Below are positions 28,101 to 47,003 of a stretch of DNA of 64,000 nucleotides, in pieces. The notes beneath the pieces were generated by a model that saw only the letters and a list, made by a program, of their open reading frames with translations, was not told the origin of the DNA and ran no database searches. Source of the DNA: the human T2T-CHM13v2.0 reference genome, Homo sapiens; NCBI RefSeq assembly GCF_009914755.1, contig NC_060941.1; one strand, 5' to 3'. Position 1 is the stretch's first letter, and each line of letters opens with the position of its first letter. The translations under genes were made by a program, and so were the position numbers.

Positions 28101-29531
28101 TGAGGGTGTCACAGGCTGTGGTGTGTCAGAGGAGGTGGAGATGGGCCACTTTGGTCTGGGAGGATCGGAGAAGATGTAGCATTTGACAGAAATCTTGAAA
28201 AGCAGACAGAGAAAGCAGGAGAGAGAAAGCAGAAGAGAAAGTGGAGTTTGCAAACTCCATGGATAGAAAGAACCATGAGAGACAAATGCCTAGAAGTAAG
28301 AAATCCATATTTGGGTTTGCGGTTTGGCCATACAATCTAACTTTCAAGGAGCAGATCTATATCTAATATGCTGCATATTATTTCAAGGCCACCCAAAGTC
28401 CATATATAGGGGCCCTAGTCCCCACCTCATGGGTCCTTCTAAGCTTTTTGCTTCACGTGCCAACTCCCTCCTCTCCAGCCTGACTTGCTGGAGTCCAGTG
28501 ATCCAGCTGGGTCCAATACAGCTTTCTTCCAATATCCTTCTTTACTTTCTCCAAAGCTCAAGTAACATGTTCACAAGTCAATGTCTAATATTGCTACCAA
28601 CAGCTCACTGGGTCCCTGAGCCTCCACATACCCCAAAGAGGGTGTCAGAGCCAAGCTTCAGAATAGAATGGAATTCAGCACAGTGGAGGAGATCAGGAAA
28701 AAACTGTCATTGGGGATTAATCTCAGGGCAGGACAGCTACCATGCAGTGGCGGGGGCTGTGGGATTAGCGGTTGGCCATGACTAGATCCTTTCTCTCCAT
28801 GCTCAGAGTGTTTCAGCTCATCCAATTAACCCTGAACTAATGTTTACCTCAAACCCAAGCAGGCGAGACATTTACTTGTGTCTAAATTATGAGTCAAGGG
28901 GTAGAAGGATCAAAAATGGAGGAATGCAAAAGCTGAGGAGGGATCATCCCATCTTTCTTCCATTCTCTGGTAAATTTGGGGGCTTTTGTCTCCTTCCCGA
29001 AGGATGAGCTCCAACCAGGGTCAGAGCAAGACCTGAGTGGTCCTAGGCTCTAAAAAGGTTATTCTGTGTTTCAGCATGTAATTTCAAATACCCAATACTA
29101 ACTGAAAAGTAATGATAAGACTGTATAAGGGACTTTTGATTTTTTTAAATAATAGCCACTTTGATCACTGTGTACATGCATGAAGTTGCAAATATTGTAT
29201 TCTTTCAAAAGCATTATTTGTTGATTTCCTAAGCACCTGCCGGTTGCCTATTGGGCAATGCAGCACTGATTCCATTCACTTGGACTCCCAAGTCCACCCC
29301 ACCCCACTTCTAGCAGCCTCCTTTCAGCCTTCTCCTTCCCTTCCCCACCATGCTGCTCCATTTACTGGGAACTGCTTCCACCTGGAAGACTCCAGCCCAG
29401 GCCAGAAAGCCCCCAGGCTGGCCCTCTACTGCCTCTCCCTGTGTCTGCAACACCTGGCAGGTGCTCTGACGGTTGGTGCTTCTCTCAACAGTCTCCATCC
29501 CACTGAGTCTGATTAATGGAGTGAGACTCAC

Positions 29532-29644
29532 AGGGTGGTGGGTTTGGGACACACTTCATGAATTAGACAGATAATAATGTATCACATACTTGCATGGGAT
29601 CCTCCAGGTGATGTAGCAGCACTTACTGATGTTGTCATTCATAT
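29532..29644 (-). pseudogene. Psi-C: isolated CC-chemokine cysteine exon
   Basis: ctgcttctttccAG|AT ATG AAT GAC AAC ATC AGT AAG TGC TGC TAC ATC ACC TGG AGG ATC CCA TGC AAG TAT...TGT CCC AAA CCC ACC ACC CT|GTGAGT; reads MNDNISKCCYITWRIPCKYVIHYY / LIHEVCPKPTT with one frameshift. Confidence 0.8.
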
Positions 29645-29939
29645 CTGGAAAGAAGCAGGTGGAAGTAGGGCTAAGCCATGCTCTAGGAGACTCAGACATG
29701 CTACTCCGTGCACCAAGAATGGGAGGCAATGCCTTTCACTCAGACAAGAAACACACCTAAAGCCAAAATACTAAATTACCTACAGCCACTGGAATCTGCC
29801 ATTTCTCTTGTGTAAGTTGTTCATCATCATTGAATAATAAACCCACTCACACTTTATCCCTACCAGGAACCTCACTCTCGCTTGACCAAATCCACTATCC
29901 TTTTTTTTGTGTAGGAGAAAAAATAAGGATCTTTATTTG

Positions 29940-30460
29940 TGAAGGAGTTAAGAATATGCCGCCCAAAATTCACTGTTCTGGCATATTTTAAATTAAAGGC
30001 ATGTAAAAAAAGAACCCAGCAGGTGCAAGAAGATCCTTCTTTATTTTGACCTTTATTGTCTTTATCAAAGGCAGGAAATGAAATGCCCATGTGAAAGATG
30101 TCCTCCTTATACCGAAAGAAAAATAATATTCTTATTAAGGATGGGAAGCTGAAGCCGAGAGAAGTCTACACAAACAAACCTTATCACCTTAGTCATTTCT
30201 GTACCCAATTAATCACCCAGCGCAGCCCCTTTGCCTTATCACATTTCACAACTTCCTATTTTTTGTCCAATTCAGTGTATAAGTAACTGACCCTAACTGC
30301 TTCTTTGAGTTTCTGTTCCTTATGAGGGATCTTGTGTCATGTAAAACTTGTATTAACTAAATTTGTGTACTTTTCTCCTATTAATCTATCATATGTCAAT
30401 TTAATTCTTGAGTCCAGGTGGGATCTTAAGAAAATGGAGATGGATTTTTGCCTCTCCTAA
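29940..30460 (+). mobile_element. ERV1 LTR (MER34-like)
   Basis: Starts tgaaggagttaagaatatgcc; family from memory. Confidence 0.55.
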
Positions 30461-31150
30461 GTTTGGTAGGTGCTTTCTATATAATGTGTTATTTAATTCT
30501 CCCCTAAACTCTAAGAGGTTGATGTTCTTGTTCCATTAGGAACATAAACTTGGCAAGCCTTGGTAAGGTTAAGGAACTTGTTGGCGTTAACCCATTGTTA
30601 AGTGGCTGAGACCTGAAACCGGGATGTCAATTCCAAGTCCCAAGACTTAACTTCTTCACCAACATTACTAACTCGTTTGGCTGCAAGTGTCATTTACCCT
30701 CTGAATGAGTTTCCACACCTGTGAAGAGGAGATTGATGCTTTCTCTCTGGCAGGGTAGTTGTGAGATTAGAAATAATGTATGTAAAGCACAAACCTGGCA
30801 TGACTACCATTTTTATTAAGCATTTATTCTGTGCCAGGTGGTGTTCTATGAGCTTAAATGTATGTATTAATTAATTTAACCATCACAACAAACTTGCATT
30901 GTAGATGTTATTATCATCTCCATTTTATAGAGAAGCAAACCAAGGCATAGAGAAATTAGGTAACCTGTGAAAGCCACATGGGAGAATAAGTGATAGCTAT
31001 TATTTTCAAAATTGTGATTTCCCATGCATCAAGCCCTTTCTTTGTCCTTCCTTGAGAGCCTCTCTCCTTAATTTAAGCTACCAGGGAAGGAGCAGCCCAA
31101 GAACTAGCCCATTCTGGCTCTTGCTTTTTTCACGGGAGGTTTTACTTTGC

Positions 31151-31460
<310 letters not shown>

Positions 31461-31845
31461 CTGTTCCACCTTGATTATTCTGTTTCTAGCCCAGTCTCAG
31501 GGCACCCTCATGAATCTCACATAGAGTTAATGTTTAGAAATTACCCGATATTGAATTACAACTTTATGACTCCAAATATTGATTTTGAAGATAATAAAAC
31601 TGTTTAAGTTACAATAATGATGAGGAAATAATTTTTTCAGGTCATAAAGAATCTTTTGTTTTTATGGTAACTTTTTATTTTAAAATAACTTTACACTGAC
31701 ATAGAAATTGCAGAAATAGTACATAAAGTTTCTGTGCAATCTTGACTCAGCTTCCCCCAATGGGAAGCTTATAAAACTTCATATACAACCGTATAAAAAA
31801 TGCATTATGATCATCAAAACTAGAAAATTGACAGTTCTACAATAT

Positions 31846-32165
31846 CATTATCATTATTATTTTTTGAGACAGAGTCTTGCTCTGTCACCCAGGCTGGAGT
31901 GCAGTGGCACCATCTTGGCTCACTGCAACCTCCGTCTCCTGGGTTCAAGTGATTCTTCTGCTTCAGCCTCCTGAGTAGCTGGGATTACAGGTGCTCACCG
32001 CCATGCTTGGCTAATTTTTGTATTTTTAGTAGATATGGGGTTTCTCCATGTTGACCAGGCTGGTCTTGAACCCCTGACCTCAAGTGATCCGCCTGCCTCA
32101 GCCTCCCAAAGTGCTGGGATTACAGGCATGAGCCACTGCGCCCAACCAGCCATCGTGCCCGGCCT
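31846..32165 (-). mobile_element. Alu (AluS-like)
   Basis: Reverse dimer within an L1M fragment. Confidence 0.9.
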
Positions 32166-32513
32166 CTACAATATTATCAACAAAACAGATCTTATTAAAA
32201 TTTTACCAATTTTTACATGCAGTCATTTTTCGTTGGTGTATAGTTGAATCATATGATCCCTTGGGTGTCTATGCCAACTTCTGGCCTCCCACATCTAAGT
32301 TACTGAATCATCTGCCTCCCATGTTTTGGTAAATAACATTCACCCTCCTCCCAGAGCTGCGGTCTTGCTTGACTGGCCCCACTTCCCCTATTCAAAGGAG
32401 AAAGGCTGGAGTTGCAGAAGGAGGCATGGGGAGAATTATGGCTTTATTTTTTATTAGACTATTCTTATTTTAGTAAAGTTGTTTTTGCACACTGGCTCAT
32501 GCAGCAGTGTATA

Positions 32514-32994
32514 TAGTTATGTGCCACATAATGATGTTTTTATCAATGACAGACTACATATATGACACTTAACAACATGCATATGTTCTGAGAAATGCTT
32601 TGTTAGGCAATTTCATCATTATACAGACATCATGTACTTACACAAACCTAGATGGTGTAGCCTACTACACATCTTATTATAAGATTATAATACCATAATT
32701 TGTTCAGCAGCAATACATTAAACAAAAATTATGCTACCTTATTTTTACTGTACCTTTTCTATGTTTAGGTATGTTTAGGTACACAAATACTCACCACTGT
32801 GTTACAACTGCCTACAGTATTCTGTACAGTAGCATGCTGCACAGGTTTGTAGCCTAGGAGCAATTGCTGTACCATATAGGTGTGTGGCAGGCTCCACCAT
32901 CTAGGTTTGTGTAAGTATGTGATGTCTGTACAATGAAATTGTCTAATGAAGCATTTCTCAAAACCTATGCCCATCGTTAAGCAACATACGACTG
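32514..32994 (+). mobile_element. Tigger3/Golem-like DNA transposon with internal inverted duplication
   Basis: Homologous to the copy at 63726; degenerate TIRs; TA flanks. Confidence 0.75.
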
Positions 32995-33220
32995 TATCTG
33001 TTTCCTGAATTTAATTGTTTCCCCGGCTGATTCCAGAGTATTTTCTATTGACCATTGACTATGAGGCCCTCTGTCTACACCCTTCCCCAGATGTTCATTG
33101 CTTCCAGAGAAGGAAATGGGGTTGGTCCAGCTTGATTCGGCCTAACTGCACCATGCTGACTTGCAGTGACTACTTCCTTTCTGAAGTGCCAACAAGAGGT
33201 TTTTTAAAATAAGAATTATA

Positions 33221-33555
<335 letters not shown>

Positions 33556-34512
33556 CTAGAGGCAGCTGACCACTCTGAAGTTGATGGAGTCTATCGTCTA
33601 TTTTCTTTCTCCCTCCTTTTTTGGAAAGCTGGGTGCTATTTTCTCATCTTCAATATTCCACAACCTGTCTGCCTCCCAAGAATCTGCAAAGATCATCAAT
33701 CTCTACCATGTGTTTTCTCAGCTGATAGAGAGGACTTCATCCAAGTCAAGGGACTGAGAAGCCACCCATCTTGGGCTTCGATTTCTTCGTATCTTTGGGA
33801 ATTATCCCCATTCTAGCCTATAATGGACAGAGAATGAATGAATAAAAATTGGAGACCACATGTTCTGCTTTATCCCTTCCATCTGTTCAGTTAACACTCT
33901 TTATTCATTTACTCATTCATTTATTCTGTAAATATGTATTGAATACATACCATGAGCAGAGCACTGGAGATTCAGCTGCAAACAAGATGCATAGGGCCTT
34001 CTGTGAGTTTAAGCAAACAGTAAGCCTCTGGCACCTTCTTCCTAAAGTAAAACAAAGCAAACACTTTTACCATCATTCACTATTAAAAAAGCAACACTAT
34101 GGAAAAATTTTGAAAATATTTAAGCAAAAAGAAGTCAGCAAAAATCCCCTGTGATCCCACAATAACATTCTTAGATGTGTCTTCATCTTTTTTCCCTGTT
34201 TGCTTTCTCCCTACGTGGGATCATACCAAAAAAAGTCATATTCCATGTTTTCACAAGTTGTGTACAATTTCAATTTCATTGTAAAATTCTTATATGCAAT
34301 TTAAAATAATTTTTAACAAAAAAGATGCCTGCTTTTTAACAGAATTTTTAAGAAAATCAAATAAATGAAAAAAATCTCTTTACTATCAATATTTTGATGT
34401 GTAAGTTTCAAGTCATGTTTTTGTATGTAGTCATTATGTATAATACAGATATACAGTTAAACAAAAATGAGGTAATAATAACTGTTCTTTTCTACAGCCT
34501 GATTTTTACAGG

Positions 34513-35115
<603 letters not shown>

Positions 35116-35119
35116 ATAG

Positions 35120-35350
35120 TTTTATTTATATATTTGTTTATATATATATATAAATATTATTTATATATTTGTTTATATATATATAAATATTATTTATATA
35201 TTTGTTTATATATATATAAATATTGTTTATATATATATTTATATATAATATATATTTTTATTTATATATTATATATAAATATATATAGAATATATATATA
35301 ATATTTATTTATATATAATATATATGTATTTTAAATTATATATAATATAT
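35120..35350. repeat. (TA)-rich low complexity with ~34-bp tandem units
   Basis: tttatatatttgtttatatatatataaatattat repeated about 3 times. Confidence 0.85.
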
Positions 35351-35569
35351 ATTTTGATATTAACTAGGCATAAAATATGGACTGAGAATAAAGAGTAGCA
35401 ATACAACAAGCATCCCTGTACCCGATGCCTGGGATGGTCCCTGAGTGGTCATTTCCACAGAGTGATCTCTCTCCTGAATAATGTTTATAATATACTCTTG
35501 CCTTTCTGATCATTTCACCATATAGATTTGAATATTAATATATTTAACTTTGTATGTTTTTAAACTTCA

Positions 35570-35864
35570 TTTCATTTTTTTGAGACAGGATCTCACTCTG
35601 TCACCCAGGCCGAGGGCAGTGGCACGATCATGGCTCACTGCAGCCTCGACCTCCCTGAAATCAAGAGATCCTCCCACCTCATCCTAGCAAGTAGCTGGGA
35701 CTACAAGTATGTGCCACCATGCCTGGCTGGTTTTTGTATTATTTTTGTAGAGATGGGTTTTCATCATGTTGTCCAGGCTGGTCTTGAACTCCTGGGCTCA
35801 AGCGATTCGCCCACCTCGGCCTCCCAACGTGTTCGAACTGCAGGTGTGAGCCACTGCTCTGGGC
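35570..35864 (-). mobile_element. Alu (AluJ-like)
   Basis: Diverged reverse dimer. Confidence 0.85.
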
Positions 35865-36743
35865 TGTTTTCAAACTTACATAAATGGAATTATTATATGT
35901 TTTATTCCATAGCTTTTTTTCCCTCTCAACATTATGCTCCTGAGATTCACACTATTTACTATATGTAGCTGTAATGTGCTTGCTTTCGTTCCTGGTAATA
36001 TTTTGGTTTATGAACATACCGTGATTTATTTTCCATTTGCCCCTTTTATTTTTGCTAGTGCCAACAGCACTGATTGGAGTATTCTTGTGTATGTTTCCTG
36101 CTGTGAACGTGCAAGGGTAACTGTGGCTCTCTCTAGGAGTGTGACTGCTAGGTCATCGGCCATGCACACCTTTGCTGCAACAAGATGACAATGGTATTTT
36201 CCAAGGTGGGAGGACAAATTCACACTCCCTGCAGCAGTGTGTGCATGTCAGTTGCTCCACATCTTCACTAATATGAATACTTTTCAAACTAGTGTTTATT
36301 AAATTTGGAGCTAGAGAGACAGGGAGACAAGGAGACAGGGAGGGAGGAAGTTAGGAAGGGAGGAAGTGAGGAAGCAAGGAAGAAAGAAAGAGAGGAATAT
36401 TTTATTCTTTCAAAGCCTGAACCCAGCACTGGCTACTCATAGTCAATAAATATGTGCTGGTTTGATGAATTTCTTACAATGTCTGCCTAGATAGCTCATT
36501 GCAGCCATGAAATGGAGTCAATCCCTTTGTGACTGAAGGGGAAAGGTGGAGGGAGACAAGAGAAGGCCATCTGACTTCCCAGAACATTTAGTAAACAACA
36601 CAATTCACAATCAAAAAGGGATTATAAGTAAAATAGCATACGTACATTTAAAATGAAGTTAGACCCCCAGATCTGGAATCAGTTTCTGAGGTTGCAGAGA
36701 CTTTTGCCTGTTTTGGGTCCCTGTGCCCAATCTGTTCACATCT

Positions 36744-36864
36744 CTAGCACTTTTCTTGCTGGGTCCAGACCTTGCCGGGGTTTAATTCCAGTTGCTGATG
36801 TATTCCTGGACCCACACCTTGCTGGAGTTGGCATAGACCTTTCCAGTCTCCTCTGTGGAGGAAG
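36744..36864 (-). pseudogene. Psi-B exon 3 (CC chemokine C-terminal exon)
   Basis: ccatTG (acceptor lost)|C TTC CTC c ACA GAG GAG ACT GGA AAG GTC TAT GCC AAC TCC AGC AAG GTG TGG GTC CAG GAA TAC ATC AGC AAC; reads FL/TEETGKVYANSSKVWVQEYISN/LELN. 3' boundary uncertain. Confidence 0.85.
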
Positions 36865-37006
36865 CAATGGTAAGAGAGAGAAGTGAATAAAGAAGAGACA
36901 ATCCTGCAGCAGAATGCCTGTAACCTCCCCATGTTTCTCTACCCTGGGGATCTCAGAGACAGTTTATTTTCAGAGCCAGGAGCATCCCGCAAATCCCAAG
37001 ACCTAG

Positions 37007-37351
<345 letters not shown>

Positions 37352-37638
37352 CCAAGACCTAGATTTTTTAAAAAATTGTTCATGAGTTTCTTCTCGGGTT
37401 GACTTCCCTCTGCTATCCTTTCCTTTCCTCTTCTCTGCATGAAGGTGGCTCTTCCTTGGCTCCCTACAGGCTGTGGGTCCATGCAGAAAACACCACAGGG
37501 ACCTATCCCTATGTCCTGCATGTCTAATGAGTTCCTGGAGGTCTGGGTCTCCCAGGTTCCCCCTCCATCTCTTGAGTCTTGGGGGCTGTGTGTCCCTCCA
37601 TGTCTCTCCCCTACGAGTGGCAAGAGGGCTACACCTAC

Positions 37639-37716
37639 ATGCTGAGAGCATCCACTGCTGGTCTCTAATGCAAATTTGTGAATAACCTACTGGAAAATGT
37701 TTGAGAAGCAGCAAGA
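37639..37716 (-). pseudogene. Psi-B exon 2, 3' part
   Basis: SCCFSNIFQ*VIHKFALETSSGCSQ then CAT|GTAGGTG donor, the same junction as CCL23 exon 3. Confidence 0.85.
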
Positions 37717-41900
<4,184 letters not shown>

Positions 41901-41928
41901 CCCCCCGGCCCATATCTGCAGTCCTCTG

Positions 41929-41932
<4 letters not shown>

Positions 41933-41974
<42 letters not shown>
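41933..41974. repeat. (TG)21 microsatellite
   Basis: Directly visible. Confidence 0.95.
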
Positions 41975-41976
<2 letters not shown>

Positions 41977-42321
41977 GGGGGAGTGGCAGGGAGTCAGGTT
42001 TATTGACATATAATTTAAATACAGATATAGTTAATCATTTTTATGTATACAACTTGATGAGTTTTGACAGATGGACAGTCATGTAACCACCACTACCATC
42101 AAAATTGATAACATTCCCATCACTCCATAAAGTCCCTTTGTGTTCCTTTTGTAGTCACTTTCTCCTATCCCCAGTCCTTGGAAACCAGATCTGACTTTTG
42201 TCTCTATAGTTTTGCCTTATACATTCTATTATGTAAATGGAATAATACTGTTTGTAGCTTTTTCCCAGTCTGGACTCATTTGTTTATCATTCTGCTTTTG
42301 AGATTTATCCATACTTTTGTA

Positions 42322-42748
42322 TGTATTAGATCATTCTCACGTTGTTATCAAGAAATATCAGACACTAGGTAATTTATAAGGAAAAGAGGTTTAATTGGCT
42401 CATGGTTCTGCAGGCTATACAGGTAGCATGAAGCTGGTATCTACTTGGCTTCTGGGGAGGCTTCAGGAAACTTACAATCATTGTGGAAGGTGAGAGGAGA
42501 TCAGGCATATCACAGGGCCAGAGCAGGAGCAAGAGAGAGAGGGGGGAAGTGCTACACAGTTTTAAATGACTAGATCTCATGATAATTAACTCACTATTGT
42601 GAGGAAAGTATCAAAGAGAATAATGCTAAATCATTCATGAGAAATCTGCACCCATGATCCAACCACCTCCCACCAGGCCCCAGGTCCAACACTAGGGATC
42701 ACATTTCAATATGAGATTTGGTTGAAGACACACATTCAAAACATATCA
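42322..42748 (-). mobile_element. MaLR solo LTR (MST-like)
   Basis: TG...CA ends with perfect 5-bp TSD TTGTA. Confidence 0.85.
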
Positions 42749-45254
42749 TTGTATGTATCAGTAGTTGGGTCCTTTTTCTTGCTGAGTAGTACTCCATTGT
42801 ATAGATGTATAGTCAGTTCTGCTATCATGCATATTTATAAAATGCAAATTATTTTCAATTTAATTTAAAAAAAAAGGCTGACTAGGAATGTTGGATGCGA
42901 GTTCTTTTCAGAAAGAAGATCGAAGTTACCTGTTAATGGTCATGATCCAAATGGAAAACTGAGGGAAGACAGCCAGGACCTGTCAGAGAACCCATGGGAA
43001 GAAGCTGGGGCACAAGAAAGGAAAGCAGCAAGAGTCTGGCAGACATTGACCTATGAGGAACTTGGGGTCCCATGGAAAAGGTCAGTGGGAATGCTTCTCT
43101 GCTCCCTTCATCCCTGCAATAAACTGCTGACCACTAAGCTGTTGGGGAGCCCCTCTGCCCTCACAACCACAGACAATTCTGTTGGTGGCAATTTGGTAAC
43201 TTTCCAGGGTGAGAGAATTGGCTGGCCAGCTTGTGCTGGTGGATCTGCACTCCACTCAGGTCCTACCTGAAACAGCAGATGCCATACTTGTTGTTCACCC
43301 ATTATGGGCCACTGCCCTGCCAGGGAACCTCGGCCCTTATGTTGCATTACCAGATCCCCTGCAAACATACTCCAGAACTCACTCTGAATTTGGCACCCAC
43401 AGGGGATCAGTGGGTCCCTGGAGAGCTGTGAGTTCCCCTGAGATCTAGCCCTCAGTGTGGGCATCCCTAGGGGAGGATGCAGTGCAGCCTGTCAAAGCCT
43501 CCCTTGGGACAAAGGAAATGTGGAAATGGTGTTGATCACTGAAGGGGGAGGCACTGGTGGCCGAGAATAGGTGTGGAGAGGGATCATTTCCTTCTCCCTC
43601 ATCCACTGTTGCAGACACAGCAGAGGCTTTCCCCACTGGAGGCTGGTGCAAGCACACGTGGAGACAGCCTTTCCAGGTGCCACTTGCAGAAGCTGCACCC
43701 CCACTGAAAATAAGCCTGTGCTACCTGGACATGCACAAAAGTCAGGGCCCATCTCCCTCTTCCTACACTGAGAAGCAGGCAATGGAGGGCAGACAAGTCA
43801 CAGAGCTGGACCGGGGGAAGAGGCTTTGCCCTGAGCCCCTTTCAGTGGTAGCCACCAGAGGGGTTTTTCTGCAGAACTCAGTCACACTGCAGCCAGGAGC
43901 CAAAGGACAATGTCTGTATGAACTGAATATTGCAGGCCCTGTGGCAGGGGCATGATAGGGAAGCAGATTGTGTTCCTGCCTGCCCAGGGTGATGAGTTGG
44001 TGCTGTGACCCTCCCAACCTCACCTGTCCCTACCCCAAGACTTCAGCATATCCCAACACGAACTCCCCAACCACCCTCCATCTGGCAGGTGCCTCTCCTT
44101 ATCACTTGGCTACTGAGGGTGAGTTGGCTCTTATTAAGTGCCACTTACTAGACTGGAGACTGAACTGCTCCACCAAATAAAAACCCGCTATCAGAAGGGC
44201 ATAGTGCTAGTGTATGAGATAAGCTTCCTGAGACTTCCACACTCAGCCCCACAGAAGATAGTGAGTCAGCTCATACTCCCAATACATTGCTAAAACAAGC
44301 AACATTTTAGAAAAACACTGCACAAAAGCTGTCTATAACCAAGGAACCTATACAGAGCCTTGGCCCCCTGAAAGCACCAAGAAATGAAGCAAATAATCAC
44401 AGCATACATGACAGTCATACCCTCAAGGGAAAAAAAAGATAAAATTCCCATCCAAATAATAGCACATTCAAAAATAAAAAGCAACAGTACTTTCAGATGA
44501 GGAGGAATCGGTTCAAGAACTCTGGTGGTAGAAACAGACAGAATGTTTTGACAGCCCCAAAGGCTCTCACTAGCTTTCTAACAATGGATCTCAACCAAAA
44601 TGAGGATTCTGAAATAACAGATAAAGAATGCAAAATATGGATTGTAAGGAAGCTCAATGATATCCAAGAGAAAGTTGAAACTCAACAGAAAGAAACCAGG
44701 AAAACCATTTAGGATATGAAAGACAGCTATATTAAAACAAACAAACAGAACTTCTGGAAATGAAAAAATTTAGTAAAGGAATTTCAAAATATAGTGGAAA
44801 GCTTTAGCAATAGACTAGACCAAGAAGAAGAAAGAATTTTGGAGCTTGAAGACTGATCTTTTGAGTTAATCCAGTCAGAAAAATATAAAAGATAATTTTA
44901 AAAAAGGAACAAAGCCTTCAAGAAATATGGGATTAGGTAGAGCAACCACACCTACAACTTATAGGCATTCCTGAGTGAGAAAGAGAAAAAGTAAGCAATT
45001 TGGAAAACATACTCAAGGGAATAATTCAGGAACATTTCTCTTATTGCTAGAAAGTTAGACATCAAGATACAAGAAATTCAGAGAAAAACTGTGAGATTCT
45101 ATACAAGATGAACATCAACAAGGCACATAGTCATGAGACTATCCAAATACAGTGCTAAAGAAAAACGCTTGAAGGTAGCTAGAAAGAAGGATCAAGTCAC
45201 CTATAAAGGAAGTCCAATCAGACTAACAGCAGACTTCTCAGCAGAACCTTATAA

Positions 45255-45564
<310 letters not shown>

Positions 45565-46614
45565 TTTTATCCTTCTTAAAGAGAAGAAAAGCCAACCAAG
45601 TATATTATATCCTGCAAAACTAAATTTCATAAACAGGGGAGAAATAAAGTCTTTTCCCTAAAGGAAAAAAAGTCAGCCAAGTATATTATATTCTGCCAAA
45701 TTAAATTTCATAAACAAAGGAGAAATAAAGTTTTTTCCGGACAAACAAACACTAAGGGAATTTGTCACCACTAGACCAACTGTGCAAGAAATACTCAGAG
45801 GAGTTCTAAACATGGAGACAAAAGGATGATACTTGCTACAGTAAAAGGACACATAAGTACAAAATTCACAGATCTTATAAAGTGATTACAAAACAACTAG
45901 TTAACAATACTATTACAGGAACAAAACCTCACATGTCAATATTAATCTTGAATGTAAAAGGCCTAAAAGATATAGATTGGCAAATTGTACCCTACAAGAG
46001 ACTCATTGAACATGTAAATACACCAATAGGCTCAAAGTAAAGGAGAGGAAAAAGAAACATCATGCAAATGGAAAACAAAAAAGAGCAGAGGTTGCTATTC
46101 TTATATCAGATAAAACAGACTTTAAATCAACAACAATAAAAAAGACAAAGAAGGGCATCATATAATGATAAAGGGTTCAATTCAACAAGAAGATTTAATT
46201 ATCCTAGATATACACATACCCAACACTGGGTTCCCAGAGGTATAAAACAAATACTACTAGACCGAAGAAAAGAGATAGACTGTCATACAATACTGACGGG
46301 GAATTCAACACCCCACTGACAGCACTAGACAGATCATCAAGGCAAAAAACTAACAAAGAAACTCTGGACTTAAACTGAACACTTGACCAAATGGACCTAT
46401 TAGACATTGAAAGAACATTCCACCCAACAACTGCAGAATATAATTTTTTTCATCTGTGCATGGAACATTCTCTAAAATTGACCATATACTTGGCTATAAA
46501 GCAAATCTCAATATATTAACAAAGTGAAATCATATCCAGTATTTTGTTGGACCACAGTGAATAAAATTAGAAATCAATACCAAGAGGAACTCTCAAAACC
46601 ACGTAAGTACATGG

Positions 46615-47003
<389 letters not shown>

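Noticed and set aside
28324-28785. 153-aa ORF containing CC and a nearby ccagtgatccagctgggtccaa (PSD..WVQ-like)
   Set aside because: No signal peptide, wrong cysteine spacing and no exon structure.
28990-29057. Minus-strand FLEPRTTQV..(A)DP, ~470 bp downstream of psi-C, as its exon 3
   Set aside because: Position and FL...QV spacing fit, but there is no AG or polypyrimidine tract, no Cys and no WVQ; too weak to call.
29236-29270. Minus-strand QCCIAQ* and NRQV-like words
   Set aside because: Short, inside the presumed psi-C intron, and lacking the rest of the chemokine pattern.
33700-33740. Minus-strand ATG AAG TCC TCT as psi-C exon 1
   Set aside because: No hydrophobic core or donor follows.
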